IMG/VR virus record: IMGVR_UViG_3300049004_000016
Location: 32,001 to 96,000 of that record
Reading direction: 5' to 3' (one strand)
DNA: 64,000 bases
Source of the DNA: a virus
Taxonomy: Duplodnaviria > Caudoviricetes
In this document: positions 9,452-17,390 of the stretch, piece by piece
Position numbering within the stretch: position 1 is the first letter of the stretch
Layout of the letters: every line of letters starts with the position of its first letter
The notes under the pieces: model-generated
The model's database searches: none
Seen by the model: the letters and a program-made list of their open reading frames with translations, nothing else
What the model was told of the DNA's origin: nothing
Position numbers and translations under genes: made by a program

Positions 9452-9981
9452 CCACCACCGAGCCGGACGGCGCATCCTGGCGGGAATGGTCAGAGTGGTG
9501 GGCACACCAACGGCCATGGACCTGGATCGCGCTGTTCGGCATCGGCATCGCCACGATCCTGCTGCACATCCAAACCTGGATGTGGTCGGCGTTCTCCCTC
9601 GCAGCCGTCCTGGCCATCGTCATCAACGGGTGGCGCCACGACGCCACACTGTGCGCCAGGTGCGCCGCGAAGACACCCCTGAACCCACAGCCAGTGGTGG
9701 CGCGCGCCAGGTGGGCGCTGTGGCTGCACCACCAGAACAACTGGGCAGCGGTGATCGCCATCGCGCTGATCATCTCCCGCGACTACGTACCCAAACCGGT
9801 CGACGCTGCCATTGTGGTCGCGCTGTTCGTGGGTGTGTCGCTGTTCAACGCGGTGGCGTTGCGGCACCGGCCGCTGCAACGGTGGTGCCCGTACTGCCCC
9901 AGGTGGGGTGGTGGGGATGACGGGCCACGAGAGACCACCCCGGTGGGACCACCCCAACCGTCTGGGGTGAAGCAGGCATGA
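9448..9981 (+). CDS. Membrane protein with CxxC motifs
   Basis: Four hydrophobic segments plus H...CARC and H....WCPYC. Confidence 0.65.
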   Translation: MTTTEPDGASWREWSEWWAHQRPWTWIALFGIGIATILLHIQTWMWSAFSLAAVLAIVINGWRHDATLCARCAAKTPLNPQPVVARARWALWLHHQNNWAAVIAIALIISRDYVPKPVDAAIVVALFVGVSLFNAVALRHRPLQRWCPYCPRWGGGDDGPRETTPVGPPQPSGVKQA

Positions 9982-10271
9982 CCCAGTACATCCAACGGGC
10001 TGACCCACCACTGCCCCACCTCGCGAAGGGCAGGGTGGACGCGACCCAGTGGACGGGCACCAACATTGACCAGCTCCGCGCGGACTTCCCCGAGGCCGGC
10101 ATCAGGATGCACAGCGACGGGCGCCCGAACCACCTGATAGCCACCGTGACCGGCGGCGAATTGTTCCTCCGGGTCGGCCAGTGGCTGATCCGCACCGAGG
10201 GCGGCAGCGTCCACGCCATGTTCCGTGCCGCGTTCGCCCACCAGTACGAGCTAGCGGAGGAACCATCGTGA
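9978..10271 (+). CDS. Hypothetical protein
   Basis: Translationally coupled ORF with ATQWTGTN and GQWLIR motifs. Confidence 0.6.
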   Translation: MTQYIQRADPPLPHLAKGRVDATQWTGTNIDQLRADFPEAGIRMHSDGRPNHLIATVTGGELFLRVGQWLIRTEGGSVHAMFRAAFAHQYELAEEPS

Positions 10272-10471
10272 CTCGCCCGTACTGGTTCATCACCGACCTC
10301 CAGCGGTGCGGGAACAAGCTGTGCGACCACCAGGTGCGCGGCGCGCTCTACTGCTGCTGGGCGTGCGGCAACGCCGATGAGCACCACTATGAGATCCACG
10401 AGGACGGGCCGCTCGGTCACTCCCCCGACTGCATGGAGCGGCACACCGAGCGTGGTCCCAGTGGACGGTGA
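10268..10471 (+). CDS. Small Cys/His-rich protein
   Basis: C...C, YCCWAC and H..C. GTG overlaps the previous stop. Confidence 0.55.
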   Translation: MTRPYWFITDLQRCGNKLCDHQVRGALYCCWACGNADEHHYEIHEDGPLGHSPDCMERHTERGPSGR

Positions 10472-10634
10472 TTTCCTACGGCTCCGTGACCAGACCCACC
10501 ACTGCCCCACCCCACGGGGGTCGGGTACTGGGCCGGGCACGGTGTGGCGGTGCCGCTGCAAACGCCGGTGGACGCTCGGCACGCACCGGGGTGAGCTGGT
10601 GTGGCGCCGCCGGTACTGGCCGTGGCCACGATGA
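10461..10634 (+). CDS. Small Cys-rich protein
   Basis: HHC..GTVWRCRCKRRW pattern. Confidence 0.45.
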   Translation: MDGDFLRLRDQTHHCPTPRGSGTGPGTVWRCRCKRRWTLGTHRGELVWRRRYWPWPR

Positions 10635-10646
10635 GAGGGTGACCCG

Positions 10647-11033
10647 ATGGAGACACCGCAGGCGCTAAGCAAATTCATTCCCAGATACAGGAACGGCAAG
10701 ACCGCGCTCGGTGTCCTGCTGGCATTCGGGCTGATCTTGGCGATCAACCTGGCGTTGTTCGCTCTGCTGGCCAAAGCCAACCCACGCGCGCTGGGTGATG
10801 CTGTCCAGGGAGCGTTCTACCTCGGCGCGCTGTTGGGATTCATCAACCTCAGTGGCCGGGTCGCGAAGCTGGAGAAGGCGCGCAAGGCGGCCGATCCTGG
10901 TCCGCTGGTCAACATGATCGCTGACGCGAAAGCCGCCGCGCGCCTAGCCGGGTACGACGAAACCCAGGTCGATGCGGTCGCCAAGGAAGTCTTGACTACG
11001 TGCGTTAAGGCGTCTGGTGGGTGGAAGGCGTAA
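10647..11033 (+). CDS. Hypothetical membrane protein
   Basis: Two hydrophobic segments and GAGGG RBS. Confidence 0.6.
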   Translation: METPQALSKFIPRYRNGKTALGVLLAFGLILAINLALFALLAKANPRALGDAVQGAFYLGALLGFINLSGRVAKLEKARKAADPGPLVNMIADAKAAARLAGYDETQVDAVAKEVLTTCVKASGGWKA

Positions 11034-11050
11034 CGGCCTCGAGCCCGCTA

Positions 11051-11078
11051 TTGACAACGACCGGGCAGAGGGTAGGGT
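11051..11078 (+). promoter_or_regulatory. Promoter TTGACA-N16-TAGGGT followed by GGGCCGCCGGG/GACACGG leader
   Basis: Consensus -35/-10 boxes and the repeated leader motif. Confidence 0.6.
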
Positions 11079-11125
11079 CATGGGTGTGGGGCCGCCGGGC
11101 ACCACGGACACGGGAGACAGAAGCT

Positions 11126-11395
11126 ATGAGCGCACCACTGAGTCAGACATTCCCTTGCAGTTGGCTGGTCGACACTCGCCAGTACGACGAGGACGGGGCG
11201 TCGATCATCGTGGAATGCGACGCGCAAGCCACCGAAACCGAACGCGGCTGGACCTGCACCAATGGACACAGCCACGTTCACTCCGAGTACCGCACCGCTG
11301 AGGGTTGGGACTACGCGTCAGACCCAGGTGAGGCAGCCCAGTTGACCAAGTACGGCACGTTCCCCGTCCTGATGGACGGCACCGGACCGTTCTGA
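11126..11395 (+). CDS. Hypothetical protein (Cys/His motif)
   Basis: Leader-associated ATG and GWTCTNGH motif. Confidence 0.65.
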   Translation: MSAPLSQTFPCSWLVDTRQYDEDGASIIVECDAQATETERGWTCTNGHSHVHSEYRTAEGWDYASDPGEAAQLTKYGTFPVLMDGTGPF

Positions 11396-11537
11396 TGGAC
11401 ACCGCCACGGCTGGCCGGGTGCGGATCGAGTGGGTGCCGTGCCCCCGGTGTGGCCAGCCGGTGTGTGACTACGGAGATTTCGTGGTCGACACCGACCGGG
11501 CCGGACAGGCACTAGACGTCGAGCACGAGTGCAGTAA
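11395..11537 (+). CDS. Small zinc-ribbon protein (not in ORF track)
   Basis: MDTATAGRVRIEWVPCPRCGQPV...EHEC. ATG overlaps the previous stop. Confidence 0.45.
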
Positions 11538-11542
11538 CCAAT

Positions 11543-11750
11543 AGGGCCGCCGGGCTCACTGGGGCAAGGTGCCCACGGCGGAGGGAAGCCGGAGGAAGCG
11601 ATGCCAGACCCGAAACTCAAGCGATGTGGCGCCGAGAAAGGAACTAGCTGCCCCTGCAAGGGGATACAAATCGGAGGTCAGCAGGAAGGCCGAGACCCAC
11701 TCGGGGGAATCCCCCCAGCGCAACCATGGACTCCCCCGACACGTCGGGAC
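11543..11750 (+). ncRNA. Candidate structured non-coding RNA
   Basis: Purine-rich gap without a convincing ORF, containing several short perfect hairpins. Confidence 0.3.
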
Positions 11751-11812
11751 ACGGAGGAGTAACTAGACATGCCACAGGGCCGTCGGGCCCACCGACACGA
11801 CAAGGACAAAGA

Positions 11813-12088
11813 ATGATCAAGAACCTGGTCCAACCGACCGCGACCGCCGCGTACTTCACCAACCGCGACCGTGGCCGCCACCCGATGATCGTCAGCGTGT
11901 TCGCCCCCGACACAGGCTGGGTGTCCGTGCCGATCAGCAAGGGAGCCGACCCCGCCAAAGACAGTCGCGTCACAGCAGCCAGTTGCCGCGCTATGGCACG
12001 CATGGGGGTCACCGCTGTGCAGGTCCTGGGCTGGCACCACGGTGACCGCGCCGCGCTGGCCGACTTCCAAATCACTGAGCTGATCTGA
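11813..12088 (+). CDS. Hypothetical protein
   Basis: AAGGA RBS after a GGGCCGTCGGG..GACACG leader. Confidence 0.6.
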   Translation: MIKNLVQPTATAAYFTNRDRGRHPMIVSVFAPDTGWVSVPISKGADPAKDSRVTAASCRAMARMGVTAVQVLGWHHGDRAALADFQITELI

Positions 12089-12128
12089 CCGGCCCACACG
12101 GGGCCACCGACACGGAGGAGTACTAGAC

Positions 12129-12518
12129 ATGCCATCGAAGCCTCAGCTCCTGGCGCTGCTACGCCGCTTCCACATCGTGGACAACACCACCACGGTGGGC
12201 CTGGAAGACGTCACCTTGCGCGGCAACGTCACACAGGAGGAGTTCACCGAGCTGGGCGAGGTCCTAGCCCAGCCAGAGACCCCACCGGACCCCCCGCTGG
12301 ACGCGGCAGCGATCGAAGCCATCGCCGGCAACCTCCGCCAGTACTCGGATATGGGCGTAATCGACTACTACCTGCCCACCATCCCGGAGGGTGAGGAGTT
12401 CGTGGTCGGCCTGAAAGGCCAAATCCTGAAACTGGACCAGGACAACGTGGTCGCGTTCCTGGCCGGGTGCACAGCGGTCGCGGAGTTCTCCGCCCGCCGA
12501 TTGGGAATGAAGATCTAA
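12129..12518 (+). CDS. Hypothetical protein
   Basis: GACACGGAGGAG leader and typical codon usage. Confidence 0.7.
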   Translation: MPSKPQLLALLRRFHIVDNTTTVGLEDVTLRGNVTQEEFTELGEVLAQPETPPDPPLDAAAIEAIAGNLRQYSDMGVIDYYLPTIPEGEEFVVGLKGQILKLDQDNVVAFLAGCTAVAEFSARRLGMKI

Positions 12519-12557
12519 CAATCGCCATTAACGCGCTGGCCGGTTAGCCTCCCCACT

Positions 12558-12686
12558 ATGAGCGCAACACGGAGACTGGCAGCGATAGCCCTGACGGTGG
12601 TGTCGGTGGCGTTGTTCGGGGTGATGGCGGTGGCGAGCGCGACTGATCCACCACCGTGCTCGGAGTTCACCTGCGGAGGGTTGTAA
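12558..12686 (+). CDS. 42-aa putative secreted peptide (not in ORF track)
   Basis: MSATRRLAAIALTVVSVALFGVMAVASA|TDPPPCSEFTCGGL, a Sec-type signal peptide with an AxA site. Confidence 0.5.
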   Translation: MSATRRLAAIALTVVSVALFGVMAVASATDPPPCSEFTCGGL

Positions 12687-12711
12687 CACCGGGAGGTGGC
12701 CCGGCGATATA
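12682..12711 (+). promoter_or_regulatory. GTAAC-N18-GATA promoter-like motif (copy 2)
   Basis: TGTAAC accgggaggtggcccggc GATATA. Confidence 0.65.
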
Positions 12712-12758
12712 GCGGGTAGAAGATCCCGCCGGGGCCACCAACCGAAAGGGAGCCAGCC

Positions 12759-13082
12759 ATGGCTACTGCCAGGAAGACTTCCAAAGCCCGTACGACTGTG
12801 CTGCGCTTGCGGGTTCGCGAGTTCAGCACCTCCCAGGCCGCGTACCCCCTGCACGAGGTGGTGTGGCTCCACGCCGGCACCGAATCGGCCACTGGCGGTT
12901 ACGTCACCAAGCGCGACACGGCCGGTGTGGCAACCGGTGGGCCGGGTCAGTGGTGGGTGGGGATCTGCTGGTCTACCGATCAGGAACACGGCCCGTACCT
13001 GACTCTGGCCTCGGCGAGGAAAGCGGTCCAGACGGCCCAGGTGATCACGCCCACCCTGGTTGCTCAGGGGTTCAAACCATGA
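12759..13082 (+). CDS. Hypothetical protein
   Basis: GAAAGGGAG RBS. Confidence 0.65.
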   Translation: MATARKTSKARTTVLRLRVREFSTSQAAYPLHEVVWLHAGTESATGGYVTKRDTAGVATGGPGQWWVGICWSTDQEHGPYLTLASARKAVQTAQVITPTLVAQGFKP

Positions 13083-13549
13083 CCGGCTACGTCCAGCAGG
13101 ACCTCTTCGGTGAGGTCGACGCCGCTGAGGCCCGGCAAGCCCGGATCGACGCGTACTTCGCCGAACTCAAGTTGGACTGCTGCACCGGTGAGCTGCCCGT
13201 ACCGGGGTGGGTCGATGACAACTACGGCGACGGTCGCGGCCACGAGTACGCCCAGCAGCGGTGCCCCCGGTGCGGTGAGCTGGACAGCATCGGCAGCTTG
13301 ATGGTCAACCACGACCGTGGGTGGTGTGGCTGCCCCAAGGATGACGCCACCAAGGTGGTGACCGAGGGCAGCGCGCCGAACCCCGCGTTCCGTCACCTCA
13401 CGGACGCACAGATGCGGGACCGTCACGACCGTGTCCACCACCGGGATTGTGTGTGCGGTGACCCGTGGGGTCTCCACGATGATGGTCACTTGCCGGAGGA
13501 GTCGCGGTGCTCGATGCACTGTGGTTGCCGGGGGTACCGGTCGGTGTAA
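13079..13549 (+). CDS. Cys/His-rich hypothetical protein
   Basis: QQDLFG N-terminal motif, CPRC, CVCG...H, CGC. Confidence 0.65.
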   Translation: MTGYVQQDLFGEVDAAEARQARIDAYFAELKLDCCTGELPVPGWVDDNYGDGRGHEYAQQRCPRCGELDSIGSLMVNHDRGWCGCPKDDATKVVTEGSAPNPAFRHLTDAQMRDRHDRVHHRDCVCGDPWGLHDDGHLPEESRCSMHCGCRGYRSV

Positions 13550-13615
13550 CGAACCGGGTGCCGGCACCGATACACCAGTTGTAAGCGTTGACATTGACCG
13601 GCAGCGGGGTAGGTT
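13545..13615 (+). promoter_or_regulatory. Tandem promoters: GTAAC-N18-GATA (13545-13573) and TTGACA-N16-TAGGTT (13588-13615)
   Basis: Both repeated motifs are present ahead of a GGGCCGCCGGG..GACACGGAGG leader. Confidence 0.65.
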
Positions 13616-13659
13616 AGGTAGTGGGCCGCCGGGCCCCGCAGACACGGAGGACAGCAGCC

Positions 13660-13809
13660 ATGAAGACCTTCCAGTTCGCAAGCGACAGCAGCATCACCGG
13701 CCTGGTCATCGAGGAACACCCCGTGGTTTGCAGGGTGCAGTTCGACGGCGTCGATGGCCACAACTGGGCCGCCACCGCATCACTGATCATCACCGAGCAG
13801 GTGCGTTGA
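13660..13809 (+). CDS. Small hypothetical protein
   Basis: Full leader motif and ATG. Confidence 0.6.
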   Translation: MKTFQFASDSSITGLVIEEHPVVCRVQFDGVDGHNWAATASLIITEQVR

Positions 13810-13811
13810 CT

Positions 13812-14081
13812 ATGGGACTCAAGCGCCCTTTCAAAGTCACCTACCACTACGACCCCAGCCCAGCACGGGCACAAACAATCGACGGCACCGAGTCATCCCA
13901 CGACCTGAGCAAGGTCCGGGAACTGGCACGGACAGTGAGCCGGGCCGGTGGCTGGGCACGCGTGTGGACCTGCGACCCGACGAACGGTGAGGAGTACACG
14001 CTGCGCAGCTACGCGCCGTACGAGTCCGCGCTGAATGACCTGGTCGACGGCATTGTTCACGATCTGATGTATGGGCTGTAA
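13812..14081 (+). CDS. Hypothetical protein
   Basis: ATG 2 nt after the previous stop. Confidence 0.55.
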   Translation: MGLKRPFKVTYHYDPSPARAQTIDGTESSHDLSKVRELARTVSRAGGWARVWTCDPTNGEEYTLRSYAPYESALNDLVDGIVHDLMYGL

Positions 14082-14106
14082 CACCAGCGCCCCGGCGAGC
14101 GATATA
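14077..14106 (+). promoter_or_regulatory. GTAAC-N18-GATA promoter-like motif (copy 4)
   Basis: TGTAAC accagcgccccggcgagc GATATA. Confidence 0.65.
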
Positions 14107-14149
14107 CCAGTTGAGAGGGCCGCCGGGGCCAACGAACACGGAGGCAGCC

Positions 14150-14482
14150 ATGTGGGGAATCGACGTTATCCACCCGATCACCGGGGTAGCAGCCCGAATC
14201 CACTGGATAGGCCACGCCTACGACAAAGACGGGAACGTTCAGATGGTCCGCGTTGAGGGGTTCTGTGTTGGGCTGGCGCGCAGCCTCAGCGGGTGCAGAC
14301 ACCCCAAGCGCCTGGACGTGGCCATTGCCCGCGCCCGTCAGTTGGTCGGTGACTACGACTGCCAGGGATGCGGTCGACCGATCCACTGGATCGCCGAGCC
14401 GCGCCGGGTGTACGTCCACAACGACACCATGGACGTGGCGTGCCCGGCTGGTGGCGTGGCCGGCATCGAGGAAAGGGTCTGA
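14150..14482 (+). CDS. Hypothetical protein with zinc-ribbon motif
   Basis: Leader motif and CQGCGRPIHW...H....C. Confidence 0.65.
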   Translation: MWGIDVIHPITGVAARIHWIGHAYDKDGNVQMVRVEGFCVGLARSLSGCRHPKRLDVAIARARQLVGDYDCQGCGRPIHWIAEPRRVYVHNDTMDVACPAGGVAGIEERV

Positions 14483-14487
14483 CCGTC

Positions 14488-15012
14488 ATGGGCATGGGTG
14501 TCGAAGCGGAGCTGGTCGCAGCAGCGACCCGTATCTACGCAACCAAGACCGAAACCGGCGACATCCAACGGTGCGACGACAACGGCAAGGTCTGCTACCG
14601 CGACATGGCTACAGCGGACGCTTGCGCCGTGGAACTCAGAGCGGCACAGATAGAGCAGGTGCCGTACCCATGCCGTGGACACGACCACTTCCACCTAGCG
14701 ACCGCACGTCGCCGACCGAACAAAGACGAAAGACAGCAGTGGACCGCCAAGTTCGCCCAAGTCCTCCTGGCCCTCGGCACGCGGGGTTCAACAAGGGATG
14801 ATCTACGCAAGGCGCTGGGCTGGGACGTGAACCAGCCAAAGAAGTTCCGGCAAATGCTGGCCGCTTTCGAGCGAGCCCGGTTGGTCGACTGCGAAGGGCA
14901 GCAGGTCTTGGTGCGGGAAAGGCGTCGCCCGGTTCTGGTGCAGGTGGCCCTTACCGGTCGCCAGCCTCAGTCATGTCAGGCGCTTGACTCTGCCCCAGGG
15001 TTTGGCGACTGA
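14488..15012 (+). CDS. Hypothetical protein (Zn-binding N-terminus, possible winged HTH C-terminus)
   Basis: C...GKVCY...YPC...HFHL followed by a helical domain. Confidence 0.6.
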   Translation: MGMGVEAELVAAATRIYATKTETGDIQRCDDNGKVCYRDMATADACAVELRAAQIEQVPYPCRGHDHFHLATARRRPNKDERQQWTAKFAQVLLALGTRGSTRDDLRKALGWDVNQPKKFRQMLAAFERARLVDCEGQQVLVRERRRPVLVQVALTGRQPQSCQALDSAPGFGD

Positions 15013-15438
15013 CACCGCCACCAACGCGACCAACGCGACCAGGGCGCAAGACCGCGCGACCAGCACCGAACGCGGGTCAAGCAGGCCCGCGAGGTTGACC
15101 AACCCCACCACGGTGAGCATCGCCGAGATCTGCAACTTGCAGATGATCCACCGCCACCGCAGCAACCCCCACGGGCTGCCCACCGCCAGCACCACACCGG
15201 TGGCCAACCCGGTAACAGCCATCGGGGTCAGCACCCACGTCCCGACCAGGTCCAAGATTGGGTTCGGTTTGGACCTGGTTTGGAGCTGGCCCACTGCGAC
15301 CTGAAACACCACCAGCGCGCCGGTCACCCCGAACATGCCCACTGATGTGATCACATGAATGGTCACCACCACCAGGCGCGCCCGTTGGGTCAGCCGGGGG
15401 CCAACACCAGCTCGACGTGTGGCAAGAGCATGGGCCAC
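14971..15438 (-). CDS. Multi-pass membrane protein (DUF2269-like)
   Basis: HVITSVG, TGVVL...SPWGLLRWRWIICK and terminal SVAKPWG. Confidence 0.75.
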   Translation of the reverse strand: MAHALATRRAGVGPRLTQRARLVVVTIHVITSVGMFGVTGALVVFQVAVGQLQTRSKPNPILDLVGTWVLTPMAVTGLATGVVLAVGSPWGLLRWRWIICKLQISAMLTVVGLVNLAGLLDPRSVLVARSCALVALVALVAVSVAKPWGRVKRLT

Positions 15439-15515
15439 CTGACCACCCTCCTCGGCAAGCTAACAGGCAACTCACGGCAACCACCAGTAACTCTCACGCG
15501 TCAACCTGATCAAAC

Positions 15516-16403
15516 ATGTGGGTGGTTGAAAGGCGGACGGTCTTGGGTAAATGCGTCCGCTGTACAGCCACATCAGGTGACCTAGCCCTGTGCAATGGGT
15601 GCATCGTCGGCCTCCGCATGGAACTGGCCGACGTCGCCGGCATCCTGCCCGACGCCCACGGCAAGGGCTACACACTGACGTCGCTACCCGAAGACCTCGA
15701 CACCAGCCTGTCCCGTCAAGACCAACTGACCGACCCCAACGCACCGCACCACGGTGGCGGGGAAACACCGCTGGTGTTCCGGCCGCACATCGGGGAAGCA
15801 GTGTGGGTGCTCCACCAGGTGCTCCGCATCTGGGCTCGAGAAATTGGGTTCGACCCCTCCGGTAAGTCCCCGGCTGGGTTGGCGCGGTGGCTGTTGGTGA
15901 ATCTTGACCGGGTGCAGAAATCACCGGACGCCGCCGATCTGGCCGATGAGGTCACCGACGCGATCCACCAAGCACGCCGGGCCCTCGACCGCCAAGACGA
16001 TGACCGGATCTACCTCGGCCCGTGTGGTAATCAGGTGATAAATAACAGCGCCTATGCAACACGCCCCCCGGTGACCTGCGAAGAGGAGTTGTACGGGGTG
16101 CCGTGGCTCGATCGAGCGCAGTGCCTTGCGTGCGGCGCGGAGTACCGCATCACCGACCGGCGGGAGTGGTTGACGGCCCGTGTGTCCCACTACTCCGGGA
16201 CAGCACCGGAGATCGCGGGGTTCCTGACGTTGACTGGAGTGAAGTGCACACCGTCAATGATCCGGGGGTACGCCTACCGGCATCCCGATGAGCTACCGGC
16301 GGTGTGGGCCAACTCCCGACGCCATCCCGAGTACCTGATCAGTGATGTCCTGGACGCACTCCGGGATCGTTACACACGGCGAAAGGCTGATAGCAGCCTG
16401 TGA
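15516..16403 (+). CDS. Conserved actinophage Zn-finger/HTH regulator (possible late activator)
   Basis: CxxC pairs, YLGPC..C..ELY...CLACG and a C-terminal HTH. Located at the end of the early region. Confidence 0.7.
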   Translation: MWVVERRTVLGKCVRCTATSGDLALCNGCIVGLRMELADVAGILPDAHGKGYTLTSLPEDLDTSLSRQDQLTDPNAPHHGGGETPLVFRPHIGEAVWVLHQVLRIWAREIGFDPSGKSPAGLARWLLVNLDRVQKSPDAADLADEVTDAIHQARRALDRQDDDRIYLGPCGNQVINNSAYATRPPVTCEEELYGVPWLDRAQCLACGAEYRITDRREWLTARVSHYSGTAPEIAGFLTLTGVKCTPSMIRGYAYRHPDELPAVWANSRRHPEYLISDVLDALRDRYTRRKADSSL

Positions 16404-16565
16404 GGTCACGGTGTGTCGCGGTGGCCGGTGTTGCTACCTCCACAACCGAACGGTACCTTCGCCGAAACTGGTAGCGGTGGGTGATTAACCAGCCCGATCC
16501 AGCAAGTGGCCCCGGCGGTGTGCAACCACCCCAGGGCCTGGCCAACCTGATGAGAGCAGGTCGAC

Positions 16566-17165
16566 ATGGCCCATCTTAGGGCACCGTTCGTGACGTCAGG
16601 GATCTCCCCGGAAGCTGCTGCGACTGCGGTCCGCCAGTTGTCTACCTGCACAGCGCAGCTAGGTGACGGCGCCTTGTGCGGCAAAGGAAGCATGAAGGGC
16701 GCGCCGTTCCCGATCTGTGCTGAACACGCGATTCTGGTCTACAGGCATCTCGAAACAGTGATCAACGAACACGCCGTGAACTCGGTTGGAAGAGTGAACG
16801 ATGTCGCGACGGTAGACCTGAGGCCGGGTCGGCGAGGTAGGCCACGTGCTGGGCACGCACCGGGCGGTCTCACGGCTGAGATTATGAACGGCTGGCCGTC
16901 CGTCGTTTACTATGCTCGCATTGGTGATCACATCAAGATCGGCTGGACCAAGCAACTGCACCACCGGATGCGCTGGTACCCACCATGCTCCCGCTTACTC
17001 GCCGTTGAGCCAGGTGATGAAGGCACAGAACGAATCCGGCACAGACAGTTCGCCCATTTGCTTGCAGCCCGCACGGAGTGGTTCGCGCCGGGAGCTGACC
17101 TAATGAAGCACATCAGGGAGCTGGCGCGGACTGGCCTGCCTCATTCACCCTCCGGTGCGATCTAG
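16566..17165 (+). CDS. GIY-YIG/T5orf172-family protein
   Basis: VVYYARIGDHIKIGWT...E...HRQF......EWF. Confidence 0.8.
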   Translation: MAHLRAPFVTSGISPEAAATAVRQLSTCTAQLGDGALCGKGSMKGAPFPICAEHAILVYRHLETVINEHAVNSVGRVNDVATVDLRPGRRGRPRAGHAPGGLTAEIMNGWPSVVYYARIGDHIKIGWTKQLHHRMRWYPPCSRLLAVEPGDEGTERIRHRQFAHLLAARTEWFAPGADLMKHIRELARTGLPHSPSGAI

Positions 17166-17390
17166 GTACAGTGGCGGTTCCTGGGAGATCAATCGCCGCG
17201 CAACCCCGATCGCGGCGACCCCCCACCTCCTGGGGTTGAGCGATCCGTCCCGACACACCCGCCCCCGAGCCGGGGCGGATCGCTCGTTTCGTGCCTGTGT
17301 AACTGACCGGGTGCACCGGGGAACGTCACAGTCCGTGAGGCGTCGTTATCTGGTAGTGGGGCAACGACGCCCCGGACCGGAAGGACTGTG

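Noticed and set aside
11089-14150. CRISPR-like array from the repeated leader motif
   Set aside because: Repeats are degenerate, irregularly spaced and separated by whole genes, and no cas genes are present.
16455-16565. Possible permuted hammerhead ribozyme (GAAAC at about 16464, CTGATGAG at about 16547)
   Set aside because: Stem II does not pair and no UH cleavage site follows stem III. It is only a hairpin-rich leader.
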